Positions 48,121-60,803 of a stretch of 64,000 bases of DNA are shown here, piece by piece. The stretch spans positions 1,342-65,341 of the forward strand of contig CAUWJG010000008.1 of NCBI GenBank assembly GCA_963559095.1. The letters run 5' to 3'. This DNA is from an uncultured Collinsella sp. Its GTDB lineage: Bacteria > Actinomycetota > Coriobacteriia > Coriobacteriales > Coriobacteriaceae. The notes beneath the pieces are model-generated. The model was not told the DNA's origin. It searched no databases and worked only from the letters and a program-made list of their open reading frames with translations. The translations under genes and the position numbers were made by a program. The first letter of the stretch is position 1. Each line of letters opens with the position of its first letter.

Positions 48121-49554
48121 ATGGCAGAGGCGAAGCAAAACGGCATTCCCGTGCCGGAGGAGGGGACTCCGGAATGGCTTGAGCTGAACAAGATGGCGAA
48201 GGTCGCCGTCCCGATCGTTCTGGCCATCTTCACGCTGGGCGTCCTGATGCAGCAGGCGTTCGGCATGATTTACGTCAATATCGGTGATGAGCTCGGGCAG
48301 CCGAACCTCGCTCCGCTGATCACGTCGATTCCCGGCATCGCCTTGGGCATCGTGTGCGTCGTGTACGGCTCGCTGGGTGACTTCCTGTCCCTGCGCAAGA
48401 TGATCGTGATCGGCACCGCGGTGTTCGTTGCCGGTTCGGTCCTCGGCCTGTTTGGCCACCTGAGCATTTGGATCGTCATCCTCGCTCGCCTGATCCAGTC
48501 CGTTGGCTGGCAGGTTTCCGGTTCCATCTTCCTGGTGCTGGTGTCTAAGTACATCGCCAAGAAGGACCGCGTGATTTGGTACGGCGTGTTCGTCGCGGTG
48601 TTCCGCTTCGCCGCCGCTCTCGGTGTGTTCCTGGCGGGCTACATGACGCTCATCGATTGGCGCATCCTGTTCGGCGTCGGCATCGTTGCCGCTCCGCTCA
48701 TCCCGATTCTCGCCAAGAACCTGCCTGACAACCACGCCGCTGGCGCCACCATCGACGTTTTGGGCTTCACTCTCATTGGCCTGTTCGCCGCTTCCGTGAC
48801 CATGTACTTCACCGACATGACCACCTTCTGGCTCATCGCCTGCATCGTGACGCTCGTTGCGTTTGTGGTGTACATCAACAAGGCTGAGAACCCCTTCATC
48901 ACCCCGAAGATGCTGACCAACCCGGCCTTCGCCATGACGATGATCGTCATCTTCGTCGGCTACTTCTTCAGCTACACGCTGAACGCCGGTATCAACAACA
49001 TCGGCATGAACGTCTTTGGCCTGGATTCCGCTCAGGTTTCCAACCTGCTGGTGTGGTCCATCATCCTGGCCGGTGTTATGGGCTTCGTCGCTGGCCCGAT
49101 CATCCGCAAGATCGGCCGCAAGGCTTCCGTTATCCTGGCGCTCGCCTGCATGGGCTTTGGCCTGATCGCCGTGGCGTTCGCCATCCCGCACGGTCAGGTG
49201 CTCTGTCTGGCTGCGGCTCCGTGCCTGTACTACTTCGGCACCTCCTTCTTCTACCAGCCGATCGTTGACACCGCCACGCTGACGGTGACGGCGGAGGAGT
49301 CCGGCCGTGCCCTGGGCTTCAACGACCTGATCCAGGCCATTACCGGTTCGGTGGGTGTCGCCCTGTTCGGTCAGATGATGGCCAACGGCGTCATGGGCGA
49401 GGGCAGCGTTGCCGGCACCGCTGCGGGCCTTGCTTCCAGCTATGCTAACGTGTTCCTGATCGGTGGCCTCGTGGTGCTCGGCGCCCTGGTGATCTTCATA
49501 CTGTCCATGAAGATGATCTACAGCCACTCCCGTGCCGCCGAGGACGAGGCGTAA
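48121..49554 (+). CDS. MFS transporter (14-TM type)
   Basis: YGSLGD..SLRK motif A variant, ARLIQ, about 14 hydrophobic segments. Confidence 0.85.
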   Translation: MAEAKQNGIPVPEEGTPEWLELNKMAKVAVPIVLAIFTLGVLMQQAFGMIYVNIGDELGQPNLAPLITSIPGIALGIVCVVYGSLGDFLSLRKMIVIGTAVFVAGSVLGLFGHLSIWIVILARLIQSVGWQVSGSIFLVLVSKYIAKKDRVIWYGVFVAVFRFAAALGVFLAGYMTLIDWRILFGVGIVAAPLIPILAKNLPDNHAAGATIDVLGFTLIGLFAASVTMYFTDMTTFWLIACIVTLVAFVVYINKAENPFITPKMLTNPAFAMTMIVIFVGYFFSYTLNAGINNIGMNVFGLDSAQVSNLLVWSIILAGVMGFVAGPIIRKIGRKASVILALACMGFGLIAVAFAIPHGQVLCLAAAPCLYYFGTSFFYQPIVDTATLTVTAEESGRALGFNDLIQAITGSVGVALFGQMMANGVMGEGSVAGTAAGLASSYANVFLIGGLVVLGALVIFILSMKMIYSHSRAAEDEA

Positions 49555-49670
49555 ACGTTCGCGAGTGGATGCAACGAGTGCTTCCCTGCTGGTAGCGCTG
49601 CATATGTAATGCCCGTTCAGGGCAAGTGAAACTAGGTTATCGGGAAGCTTCGATTGCATCTCGCGTTCAG

Positions 49671-49705
49671 GCCCTGGTCGCATCAACGTGCGGCCAGGGC
49701 TTTTT
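49671..49705 (+). terminator. Intrinsic terminator after the MFS gene
   Basis: GCCCTGGTCGCA-loop-TGCGGCCAGGGC-TTTTT. Confidence 0.75.
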
Positions 49706-50026
49706 GCTGCGAGTTTATCCAATGCATTTAGTATGCTGTCGAGTATGTTGGACAATGAGGGGGCCTTTTTGTCCAGTATGTTCGACAGGCTGATATGGGC
49801 CTGATCCGCCTCCGTGGCGAAATGAAGCAGCCACGCGTGACGCCTGCTCGCATCTTATGGGCCTTCGAGAAATGTTGGCATAGGGTCCTGCCTATGGGGT
49901 ACTATTGAAGATTGTTATTCATCGCTGTTCGGCATGGCAGCCTTGATGAGCCCTTGCCCTGTCTCCTGGGGAATTATGATCGGGCATCAATCTGCTGGGC
50001 AGCCTGACCCCAGGAGGTAGTACCAA

Positions 50027-52708
<2,682 letters not shown>

Positions 52709-52727
52709 GAGCAAGGAGACGGCTTTC

Positions 52728-54014
52728 GTGGCTGACATCTTGGACCATATTCCGAGCTTTGGGGACCTGCGTGTCGATGACGCGCAGGTCTCTGCGTTTG
52801 AGGCGGCTCGGGAGGCGTTGGCGGTGGTGGGCGATATTCCCGTCGAGGAAATCGAGCTGGGCGTCGTGGTGCGCCTGGACCGCGGCTTTCCCATGGTGGC
52901 AACGGCTGGCGGCGCGCGGTTTCGCGCCGAGCATGCGGTGACGTTCGCCAAGGGCAAGCGCAAGAAGCGCGGTGGGCGCGCGGCTGGCGTCGGGCGTAAC
53001 GGCGGGCGAAAAGGCACGGCCGTCGACTTTGGTCGCGAAGGCCGCGGCGGCGCTGGTCGCGGTAGTGCGCGCATCACCCATGGTGTGCCGAGCGCAGACG
53101 GCGCCATCGCGTTTGAGCACGTGGACGTGGCCGCCGCGTACACGGTCGATATGGGCGCGGATCGGCTGTTGCCCGCCGTTGGCGATGTGGTGGCGGTGCG
53201 CGTGGCTCCCGGTCACGACATGGGTGTGATTTTGCAGGTGTTGCCGCGCCGGACCTCGTTTGAGCGGTGGCGCGGCAAGAACCGCGGTGAGCGACAGGTG
53301 TTGGCGGCCAACGTCGATGTCATTTTCATCGTGCAGCCGCTTGGCGCCGAGCGCGACACGCTGACGCTCATGCGCGATCGCGTGGCCCGTTCGCTGGTGT
53401 TGGCTCGCGATTGCGGGGCCGAGCCCGTGGTGATACTCACCAAGGCGGACCGCTGCGAAACGGCCGAGGTGGTTCGTATCGTTGCGGAGTTGCGGCGCCT
53501 GTGCGGCCCGGATGTGCGCGTGGTGGTAACGTCCTCGCGGACGGGCGAGGGGCTGGGCGAAGTCCGCTCCTGCGTGCCGCGCGGTGTATGTGCCATGATC
53601 TTGGGAGAGTCGGGTGCGGGGAAATCCACGCTGCTCAATACGTTGTTGGGCACCAATGCGCTTGAGACGAACGAGGTCCGTGCACGTGACGACGCGGGAC
53701 GGCATACCACGGTGGCGCGCATCATGGTGGCGCTGCCGGAGCCGTGCGGTGTGATCGCCGATTGCCCAGGGCTGCGCTCATTGCCGCTCGTGGGTCACGA
53801 GCGCGGGCTGGCGCGGGCGTTTCCCGAGGTTGTTGAGGCAGCGTGCGCCTGTCGGTTCAACGACTGCACCCATACGCATGAGCCGGGCTGTGCCGTGCGA
53901 GAGGGTGTGGAGGATGGGACGATCGAACCCGCGCGTGCCGAGGCGTTTTTGTCCCTCGCGTCAGAGATGCGCGTGAGCGCGCAGAGCTTGGACCCGGATA
54001 TCCACGTAGGCTGA
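52728..54014 (+). CDS. rsgA: Ribosome small subunit-dependent GTPase A
   Basis: AANVD, TKAD, GESGAGKST, GRHTT, DCPG, C.F.DC.H.HEPGC zinc finger. Confidence 0.9.
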   Translation: MADILDHIPSFGDLRVDDAQVSAFEAAREALAVVGDIPVEEIELGVVVRLDRGFPMVATAGGARFRAEHAVTFAKGKRKKRGGRAAGVGRNGGRKGTAVDFGREGRGGAGRGSARITHGVPSADGAIAFEHVDVAAAYTVDMGADRLLPAVGDVVAVRVAPGHDMGVILQVLPRRTSFERWRGKNRGERQVLAANVDVIFIVQPLGAERDTLTLMRDRVARSLVLARDCGAEPVVILTKADRCETAEVVRIVAELRRLCGPDVRVVVTSSRTGEGLGEVRSCVPRGVCAMILGESGAGKSTLLNTLLGTNALETNEVRARDDAGRHTTVARIMVALPEPCGVIADCPGLRSLPLVGHERGLARAFPEVVEAACACRFNDCTHTHEPGCAVREGVEDGTIEPARAEAFLSLASEMRVSAQSLDPDIHVG

Positions 54015-54116
54015 TGGCACGGCGCGCTGGGGCCTATGACCGGGGCGTGCGGCGTTGAATGCACGTCGCGCTTCTGGGATCTGAATTGCATATCTGCAGG
54101 TAAATACCTCATTGTC

Positions 54117-54148
54117 AAGCCGTTCACCTTGGGTGGGCGGCTTTTTTT
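54117..54148 (+). terminator. Intrinsic terminator after rsgA
   Basis: AGCCGTTCACC-TTG-GGTGGGCGGCT followed by a T run. Confidence 0.75.
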
Positions 54149-54310
54149 CTTGCGATGCATCTCGCAACGTCTTGCCTAAATCCAAACAGGCGGGAAAGAC
54201 GTGGACAAGCGTTTGGTTGGACGGCGTTGCGCTTTCTGTTTTTGACATCTGGCCCCAAGCCGGCGTTTCGCACAATGGGATCACGGTTTGATTTCGGCGA
54301 GGGGAAGCAC

Positions 54311-55111
54311 ATGAGGCGAAGGACGAGATTGGTGCTCAGTGCTCTGACGGGTGTGGCAGCGGCAGCCTTATTCGTGGTGTATGCGAGCGGCGTACGCACG
54401 GAGGCGCATGCGGCGCAGCGTGAGGTGCTCGAGCGTTTTGGCGGAGATACGGTGCCGGTGTGCGTTGCGATTCGCGAGATCGAGCCGGGCGAGGAGATTG
54501 ACGAGGGCAACGTGCGTGTGGAGGAGTGGGCGGCGAGCTTGCTTCCCTCTGGTGCGTTGACCTCGCTCTCCGATGCCGCAGGCAAGATGGCAACCTCGCG
54601 CATTCCCAAGCGCGCGCCGCTGAGCGGCGTGTATTTTGAGCGGCGCGAGGATGCCGCGCGCGTGCCCGATGAGCTGGTGGCGGTGTCGGTTCCAAGTGAC
54701 GCGGAGCATGCGGTGGGCGGTGTGTTGGCTCGCGGTGATGAGGTCGAGGTGTATGTGATGGCGAACGGCGTTGCCGACCGTTTGACGGCGGCAGAGGTGC
54801 TCGATACGAGCGTGCTGGCGCAAGGCGGCGGTGACATGAGCTGGGTGACGTTGGCCGTGGAGCCGTCGGTGGTCGAGGAGCTGTTGGCGGCGATTTCGGT
54901 GGGAACGGTTTCTTTGGTGGCACCGGGCGCTGATGCCAAACAACAAAGTGCTTCAGGCGCGGTCGGGGCTGATGGCGATGGGACGGCGGGCGACCCTGCG
55001 TCCCAGGACGCGGCGGATGAAGGCTCGAATGGCGGGGCGAACCGCGATGCCAAGGCGGGCGTTCAAGATGCGGGAACTTCGACTGCGGTAGGAGAAGGGG
55101 GCGAGCGCTGA
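54311..55111 (+). CDS. cpaB: Flp pilus assembly protein CpaB/RcpC (SAF domain)
   Basis: N-terminal TM, VA.REI.PGE.I SAF motif, AVGG..RGD.V.V; first gene of the tad cluster. Confidence 0.75.
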   Translation: MRRRTRLVLSALTGVAAAALFVVYASGVRTEAHAAQREVLERFGGDTVPVCVAIREIEPGEEIDEGNVRVEEWAASLLPSGALTSLSDAAGKMATSRIPKRAPLSGVYFERREDAARVPDELVAVSVPSDAEHAVGGVLARGDEVEVYVMANGVADRLTAAEVLDTSVLAQGGGDMSWVTLAVEPSVVEELLAAISVGTVSLVAPGADAKQQSASGAVGADGDGTAGDPASQDAADEGSNGGANRDAKAGVQDAGTSTAVGEGGER

Positions 55112-56652
55112 TGGACGAGGCCGGGCAGCAAACATGGCTGCTGTGGGCGGGCGCCCATGGGGCTCATCATCTGCGCCGTGAAGTGACGGCGCGCGGAAAG
55201 GAGCCGCGCTTCGTGCGTGTGCAGACCGAAGCAGAACTTGTATCGTTGGCGGCGACGCTTCCACTGGAGGATCTGAGCGTGGCGATTGACGCGCGCATTG
55301 CCGATCTTGATATGGTTGAGGGCTTGGTGCGAACACTGCGCGCGATGTCGTGCGTTCACGAGGTATTTGCACTGGTAGTTCCCGGCGATGCCGGGCGTGT
55401 TGCCCGCCTGTTCTGCGCGGGCGCGACAGAGGTCATCACGGCGGAGGCCGCCGAGGCATCGGATGATGCCGTATGCGAGGCACGTGTGGAAAATGGGCTA
55501 ATCGTTTCGTACCCCGAGGTGTCCCCCGCCTGTGATGATGCCTATGGTGGGCATGACATCGATGCTGCGCTTCTCGATGCACGAGAGATACGGCAGCGTG
55601 TTGGGGATGCTCATGGCACCGGCGATCTGCAGCTGCATGTGGAAGACGGGGTCGGAGCAGGTGAGGTTGCCGCAGCGGTTGATACTGGCGAGGTTGCGGT
55701 GGACGAAGAGATGCCGCCGTGGGAGGAGCCGGCGGGCGGCGGGCAAGCGGGGATGAGACGCGCGGTGTTGGCCGACGAGGTGCCTTCGGTGACGGGCGCG
55801 ACGGATGCAGGTCATCGGGCACCAGTGATCGTGGCGATTTCCGGGCGTGGGGGATGCGGCAAGACCACCGTGGTCGCCTCTATGGCGGCCGTTGCCGCGC
55901 GGGCCGGATTGCGCTGTGCGGTGATTGATCTTGATTTGATGTTTGGGAACTTGGCCGATGTTTTAGGTGTTGAGAGCCCTATTGGATTGGAGACCGTCGG
56001 CGCCCATGCGCGGGGTGGGACAGTGCAAGAGCGCGACATCGAGGATGCGGCCATGCGTGTGGGTCCGGGCTTGACGTTGTGGGGCCCATGCGCCGAGGCT
56101 GAGCGCGCCGAGCTCATGGCAAGCCCGGCTGAGCAGTTGATCGCCGCGTTGCGTGGAGTGGCTGACGTGATATTCATCGATACGTCTGGCCAGTGGGGAG
56201 ATGCGGTGGCGATGGCGCTGGGCGTATGCGATCGCTGCCTGGTGTTTGGAGATGCTGGTGCGTTTTCGGCGGTGTCGGCCCGGCGGGCGATTGAGGTGGC
56301 GGTGCGCTTGGGTGTCCCGCGGGCGCGCATGAGCAGCGTGTTCAACAAGGCTGCCTTGCATGGTGAGGGAGAGGGGGCGGCGCTGCGCTTTGAGATGGGG
56401 GTGTCCTTAAGCTCGCGATTGCGCATCGCGGATGGGGGCAGCGAGGTGTCCGGCATGCTTTCGTTTGGTCACCTCGATCAGGTTATGTCCGGTCAGGGCG
56501 CATTTGCCAAAACCGTCAGAGTGGCAACGACGGAGCTCTTGCGTGAACTTGGTTGCTCGCTGGGCACGTTGGAGCTTGAGCGCGAGACGGCGGGACGCGA
56601 GCGCGGGCATCGGTTTCGTTTGCCGTGGCGAGGGGCGGGTGATGAACGGTGA
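55111..56652 (+). CDS. CpaE/TadZ-like MinD/ParA ATPase
   Basis: SGRGGCGKTT, IDLDLMFG, IDT; N-terminal receiver-like region. Confidence 0.78.
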   Translation: MDEAGQQTWLLWAGAHGAHHLRREVTARGKEPRFVRVQTEAELVSLAATLPLEDLSVAIDARIADLDMVEGLVRTLRAMSCVHEVFALVVPGDAGRVARLFCAGATEVITAEAAEASDDAVCEARVENGLIVSYPEVSPACDDAYGGHDIDAALLDAREIRQRVGDAHGTGDLQLHVEDGVGAGEVAAAVDTGEVAVDEEMPPWEEPAGGGQAGMRRAVLADEVPSVTGATDAGHRAPVIVAISGRGGCGKTTVVASMAAVAARAGLRCAVIDLDLMFGNLADVLGVESPIGLETVGAHARGGTVQERDIEDAAMRVGPGLTLWGPCAEAERAELMASPAEQLIAALRGVADVIFIDTSGQWGDAVAMALGVCDRCLVFGDAGAFSAVSARRAIEVAVRLGVPRARMSSVFNKAALHGEGEGAALRFEMGVSLSSRLRIADGGSEVSGMLSFGHLDQVMSGQGAFAKTVRVATTELLRELGCSLGTLELERETAGRERGHRFRLPWRGAGDER

Positions 56653-57989
56653 GTGTGTACGAGCGTGCACAGGCTGCGCGTGCGGGTGCCGGAGGCGAGG
56701 AGCGTGATGCTGGCTACCGGTTGGCTCATATGCGCGAGCTGCGCGCCCAGGTGAAGCGGTCGGCGCTCGAGCGCGTGGGGTTTACCGAGGTCGCGCGTAT
56801 CATTGAAGGCTCCGATATCGAGCGGGCGCGCACGGAGCTGCGCCCGGCGATTGAGGCCGTGTTGAATGCCGGCGCCGCAACTCAGATAACGGCCGCAGAG
56901 CGTTTGACCCTGGTTGAGGACGTACTCAACGATGTGGTTGGCCTGGGGCCTTTGCAACCGTTGCTGGATGACGAGGCCGTGAGTGAGATTATGGTCAACG
57001 GGTGCGAGTCGTTGTTCGTCGAGCGTTCGGGAACGCTGCGAGAGCTCGAGGTTCCCTTTGAGAACGATGAGCAGATCCGTATCGTGATTGACCGTATCAT
57101 TTCGCCGTTGGGAAGACGTGTCGATGAGCGACGTCCGACGGTGAATGCCCGCTTGCCAAGCGGATACCGCGTCAACGCCGTGATTCCGCCCGTGGCCCTC
57201 AACGGCCCGACGCTCACAATCCGAAAGTTCTCAGATCGCATTGACTCGTTGGAGCAGTTGGTGCAGCTCGGCTCGCTGCCCCCGTGGTATGCGTGGTTGC
57301 TCACGCGCGCCGTTGAGCTGCGGCAGGATTTGGCGGTGGCGGGTGGGACTGGCTCTGGCAAGACCACACTGCTGAACGCGCTCTCATGTGAGATTCCCAC
57401 GGGTGAGCGCATTATCACGATTGAGGACGCGGCCGAGCTTAAGTTCTCTCGCCATCCGCACGTTGTGCGTCTTGAGGCACGAGAGGCATCCATTGAGGGT
57501 GAGGGCGCGGTGAGCATCCGCGATTTGGTGGCCAACGCGCTGCGTATGCGGCCTGATCGAATCGTGGTGGGCGAGGTGCGCGGCGCCGAGGCGATCGATA
57601 TGCTCCAGTCCATGAACACGGGCCACGATGGGTCGCTCACGACGCTGCACGCGGGTAGTGCCGAGGAGACGGTGGTGCGTCTCACGCTGTTGGCGCGCTA
57701 TGGCGTGGATTTACCGGGTGATTTGATTGAGGAGCAGATCGCCATGGCGCTCGACGGGATCGTGATGTCGGTTCGCACGCCGCATGGAGAGCGGTATGTG
57801 TCCTCATACACCGGGGTGTCGCGTGCGGTTGGCGGTGGGGTTGCATTGACGGAATACGTGCATTTTGATGCGGCGCGCAAACGATGGGAGCTGCGAGAGG
57901 AACCGCCGTTCGTGGCGGCGGCACTTGCGGAGGGGGCATTGGAAGAAGGGGAGGTCGAGGCGTGGAGGCGTATGTGTCCTGTTGCATAG
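56649..57989 (+). CDS. cpaF: Tad pilus assembly ATPase CpaF/TadA
   Basis: GLGPLQPLL, GGTGSGKTT, IEDAAEL, LRMRPDRIVVGEVRG, MNTGHDGS.TTLHA. Confidence 0.93.
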   Translation: MSVYERAQAARAGAGGEERDAGYRLAHMRELRAQVKRSALERVGFTEVARIIEGSDIERARTELRPAIEAVLNAGAATQITAAERLTLVEDVLNDVVGLGPLQPLLDDEAVSEIMVNGCESLFVERSGTLRELEVPFENDEQIRIVIDRIISPLGRRVDERRPTVNARLPSGYRVNAVIPPVALNGPTLTIRKFSDRIDSLEQLVQLGSLPPWYAWLLTRAVELRQDLAVAGGTGSGKTTLLNALSCEIPTGERIITIEDAAELKFSRHPHVVRLEAREASIEGEGAVSIRDLVANALRMRPDRIVVGEVRGAEAIDMLQSMNTGHDGSLTTLHAGSAEETVVRLTLLARYGVDLPGDLIEEQIAMALDGIVMSVRTPHGERYVSSYTGVSRAVGGGVALTEYVHFDAARKRWELREEPPFVAAALAEGALEEGEVEAWRRMCPVA

Positions 57990-58915
57990 GGGCGCTGGCG
58001 GCGGGGAGTGCGTACGGGCTGTGCGGTCTGCACATCGGTGCCGCGCGGCGCCGGCCCGATGGCTGGACAAACAAGTCTTTGCGTATGGCGGTGCATGAGC
58101 TGGTGTGTGGTCTTGGCGCCGCAGTGCTCTCTGCAGGCGTGGTTCCTGCGAGTGCCGTACGGGTGCTACGGGAGGAGCTACAGCTGTCGAGACAAGGCGG
58201 GCGGGATGGGCGAGAGCTGGCTGGTGACGCTGAGGTGCTGGGCCGTTTTACGGTGGTAAGCCTAGGTGCGGCATGCGCGTGCGCGATCGTGGCGACATCA
58301 CCCGTCGGGCTGGTGGTCGGAGGAGCCGTGCCAGGCGGGCTGGTCATGGCGCGGCATGTATCGCGTGCAAGATCCGAACGGATTCGCATCGAACGGGAAC
58401 TGCCCGAGGTGTTTGGTGCCCTTGCGATCTCTCTGGGATCGGGGCTTTCGCTGGGACAGGCGATGCGGTATGTGGGTGGTCATGCCGAGGAGCCGGTGCG
58501 CTCCGAGTTGTTGCGCGCGGCCTGCGAGATGGCGTGCGGCGTGCCCGTGGCGCAGGCGTTGCAAGGACTGATGGACAGGCTGCCTGTGCCCGGGTTGGAA
58601 CTCGTCACGCTGGCGCTTGGCGTTTCACAGCGCACGGGGGCGCCGTTGGCCGGCTTGCTTGCCGATGCATCACGGTTGACGGGTGAGCGCATCGAGCTGG
58701 CAAGGCGGTTGGATGTCAAGACCTCGCAGGCCCGCATGTCTGCCCATGTGGTTGCGGGGATGCCCGTGGCGATGCTCGCGTTGCTCTCGTTGTTCTCGGC
58801 CGATTTTCGCGCGGGGCTCGCCACGATGGCGGGAATGGTTTCAGTGTTGCTCGCCTTGGTGCTCAATGGCTTGGCGTGGGTCATTATCGGACGTGTGATG
58901 CAGGTGAGGATGTGA
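57962..58915 (+). CDS. tadB: TadB-like T2SS F-family membrane protein
   Basis: LP....LA.SL.SG.SL.QA, TGAPLA, KTSQARMSA; start approximate. Confidence 0.8.
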   Translation: MEAYVSCCIGALAAGSAYGLCGLHIGAARRRPDGWTNKSLRMAVHELVCGLGAAVLSAGVVPASAVRVLREELQLSRQGGRDGRELAGDAEVLGRFTVVSLGAACACAIVATSPVGLVVGGAVPGGLVMARHVSRARSERIRIERELPEVFGALAISLGSGLSLGQAMRYVGGHAEEPVRSELLRAACEMACGVPVAQALQGLMDRLPVPGLELVTLALGVSQRTGAPLAGLLADASRLTGERIELARRLDVKTSQARMSAHVVAGMPVAMLALLSLFSADFRAGLATMAGMVSVLLALVLNGLAWVIIGRVMQVRM

Positions 58916-59580
58916 TGGCTGGGATGAGTGGGTCGGGCGTCCTGATGCTGCTTGCGGCTGCGGCGGCGCTGTGTTCGAGCTCGTGCGCATCGCTGTTGAT
59001 GGGTTGGGAAGCTGCCGATCGGCGGCAGACAGTTGTACGCGCGGCCGGGGTTGCACGTTCCTGGGTGCGGGCGGGCATCCAGGGCGTCGGTGGCGCTTTG
59101 GGCACGTTGCTGCACGTGCGCGATGGCCCAGGGCAACCAGTGGGCTTGGGCGAGGTGTCCGAGATGGTCGATATCGTGCGCCTGGGATTGTCGGCGGGGT
59201 TGTCATTCGATGCCGCGCTCGGGTTGTATTGCGAGGGGCGCACGGGGCGCTTGGCTGAGCGCTTGGCGCAGGCGCAGCTGCTGTGGCAGGCAGGAGCCGG
59301 CTCGCGCGAGATGGAGCTGATGTCGGCCGCTCGTGATGTGGGCGTTCGGTCCCTTGAGACGTTCGCAACGGCTGTGGGTCAGGCACTTGCGCTCGGTGCG
59401 CCGCTGGCCGATACGCTTGCGGGGCAGAGCCGTGAAATTCGCGCGGCGCATAAGGCCGAAGTTGAACGTCAGATTGAGCGGGCACCGGTCAAGTTGCTCA
59501 TTCCTACGGGCACGCTGATTTTGCCCGCATTGTTGATTTCCATATTGGGCCCGCTGTTGGCTGCGGGCGGGATGCTATAG
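58915..59580 (+). CDS. tadC: TadC-like T2SS F-family membrane protein
   Basis: GLSAGLSFDAAL, GAPLADTL, APVKLLIP. Confidence 0.8.
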   Translation: MAGMSGSGVLMLLAAAAALCSSSCASLLMGWEAADRRQTVVRAAGVARSWVRAGIQGVGGALGTLLHVRDGPGQPVGLGEVSEMVDIVRLGLSAGLSFDAALGLYCEGRTGRLAERLAQAQLLWQAGAGSREMELMSAARDVGVRSLETFATAVGQALALGAPLADTLAGQSREIRAAHKAEVERQIERAPVKLLIPTGTLILPALLISILGPLLAAGGML

Positions 59581-59589
59581 GAGGCAAGT

Positions 59590-59847
59590 ATGGTGATGTT
59601 GCAGGAGTATGTGGAAGAGGCCTTGGAGGCGGCGCGTGAGGCATATGGGCGTGCGATGTCCACGGCGATTCAGGCAGTTCGCGCTGGCACCTCCACGGTG
59701 GTTGGCGAGAAGGAGGCGCAGGGCACTACCGAGTACGCTATTTTGGTCGGCGTGCTGGTGGTGATTGCGATCGTGGCGATCGTGGCGTTCAGGGGCAAGG
59801 TGAGCGAGCTGTGGGATTCCATCTCCTCGGGCATCAACAGCCTGTGA
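59590..59847 (+). CDS. Flp family type IVb pilin
   Basis: AQGTTEYAIL followed by a hydrophobic helix; AGGAGG RBS. Confidence 0.85.
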   Translation: MVMLQEYVEEALEAAREAYGRAMSTAIQAVRAGTSTVVGEKEAQGTTEYAILVGVLVVIAIVAIVAFRGKVSELWDSISSGINSL

Positions 59848-60380
59848 GGAGGAACGCTTCCACATCGCGCCGACACGGCGCGGCCGTGCTGCTCGTGGTG
59901 TGCATCGCCCTGTCGGCGAGCGCCGTAGCGATAGTGACAGTCGGCGAGAGGTCGCACGGGCCAGATGAGAAAGATGCGGCGGATGCGCAGGTGGATGGAA
60001 AACCTGACGCGATGGCCGCATGGGATGAGACGCGCGGCAAGAATGTGTCGGTTTCCAAGACGGCTCCCGATCGGTTTTTGGCCGATGCCGCGCGGGAGAC
60101 CGATGCAGCCCAGGCGGATGGGAGAGGCGCCCGCTCAGTTTGTGTGCGATGGGACGAGGATCGGGATGTACCGCAGGTTGCTGAAGATGTGCTGCGCGCA
60201 TACGAGCGGGAAGGGGGCATGCAGCTTATGGCGTGCGGGTATGTTGATCTGCGCGGCAACGTCTGGTGCGCCTTGGTGCAAAACGGCGATGCGTGGGTCG
60301 ACGTGGTGATGATTGCCACGGCCGACGGTGAATCGAGTGAGGCGCGTGTGGTGCGAACGGCGCGTTTTGAGGAGGAGTGA
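59844..60380 (+). CDS. Hypothetical tad-cluster protein with an N-terminal TM
   Basis: GTGA overlap with the pilin stop; GYVDLRGNVW segment. Confidence 0.6.
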   Translation: MRRNASTSRRHGAAVLLVVCIALSASAVAIVTVGERSHGPDEKDAADAQVDGKPDAMAAWDETRGKNVSVSKTAPDRFLADAARETDAAQADGRGARSVCVRWDEDRDVPQVAEDVLRAYEREGGMQLMACGYVDLRGNVWCALVQNGDAWVDVVMIATADGESSEARVVRTARFEEE

Positions 60381-60803
60381 GTGACGGTGTGGTGCAATGG
60401 CGAGCGGGGACGCATGGGCGTTCGCGTTGGGAGCGGCGGGCCTGAAGGAGAGGCTGTGGCCTATGAAGGGACGGGGCATTGCGCGGAGGGGCGTACGGTG
60501 CAGCATACCCGTGCGCATGTGGAGGCTCGCTCAGATGGGGTTGCGATGCGCTCACGGATGCGGAGCGGGACAGGGGGAGGTGGCCACGGCTGCCAAGCGA
60601 AGTCGTATGCGGATCTTGTTCGAGAATGTCGAGCGCAGGGCACGGTTGAGTATGCAATCACCATGGTGGCGATGTTATCGCTGGTATTGGGCTGCGCTGC
60701 GGTGTGGCGTGCGGGCGCTTGCGGAACGTTTACGCAGATGGCAACCGAAGCGGCTTCCCATGGGTTTGATGCGGACGGAGCGGTGGACATCGCCTTATAT
60801 TGA
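60381..60803 (+). CDS. Minor pilin-like protein
   Basis: AQGTVEYAI plus hydrophobic helix; start uncertain and may be downstream. Confidence 0.6.
   Translation: MTVWCNGERGRMGVRVGSGGPEGEAVAYEGTGHCAEGRTVQHTRAHVEARSDGVAMRSRMRSGTGGGGHGCQAKSYADLVRECRAQGTVEYAITMVAMLSLVLGCAAVWRAGACGTFTQMATEAASHGFDADGAVDIALY

Noticed and set aside
48121-49554. Tetracycline resistance pump
   Set aside because: A 14-TM MFS fold alone is not evidence of resistance; it is the last gene of a metabolic operon with no mobile context.
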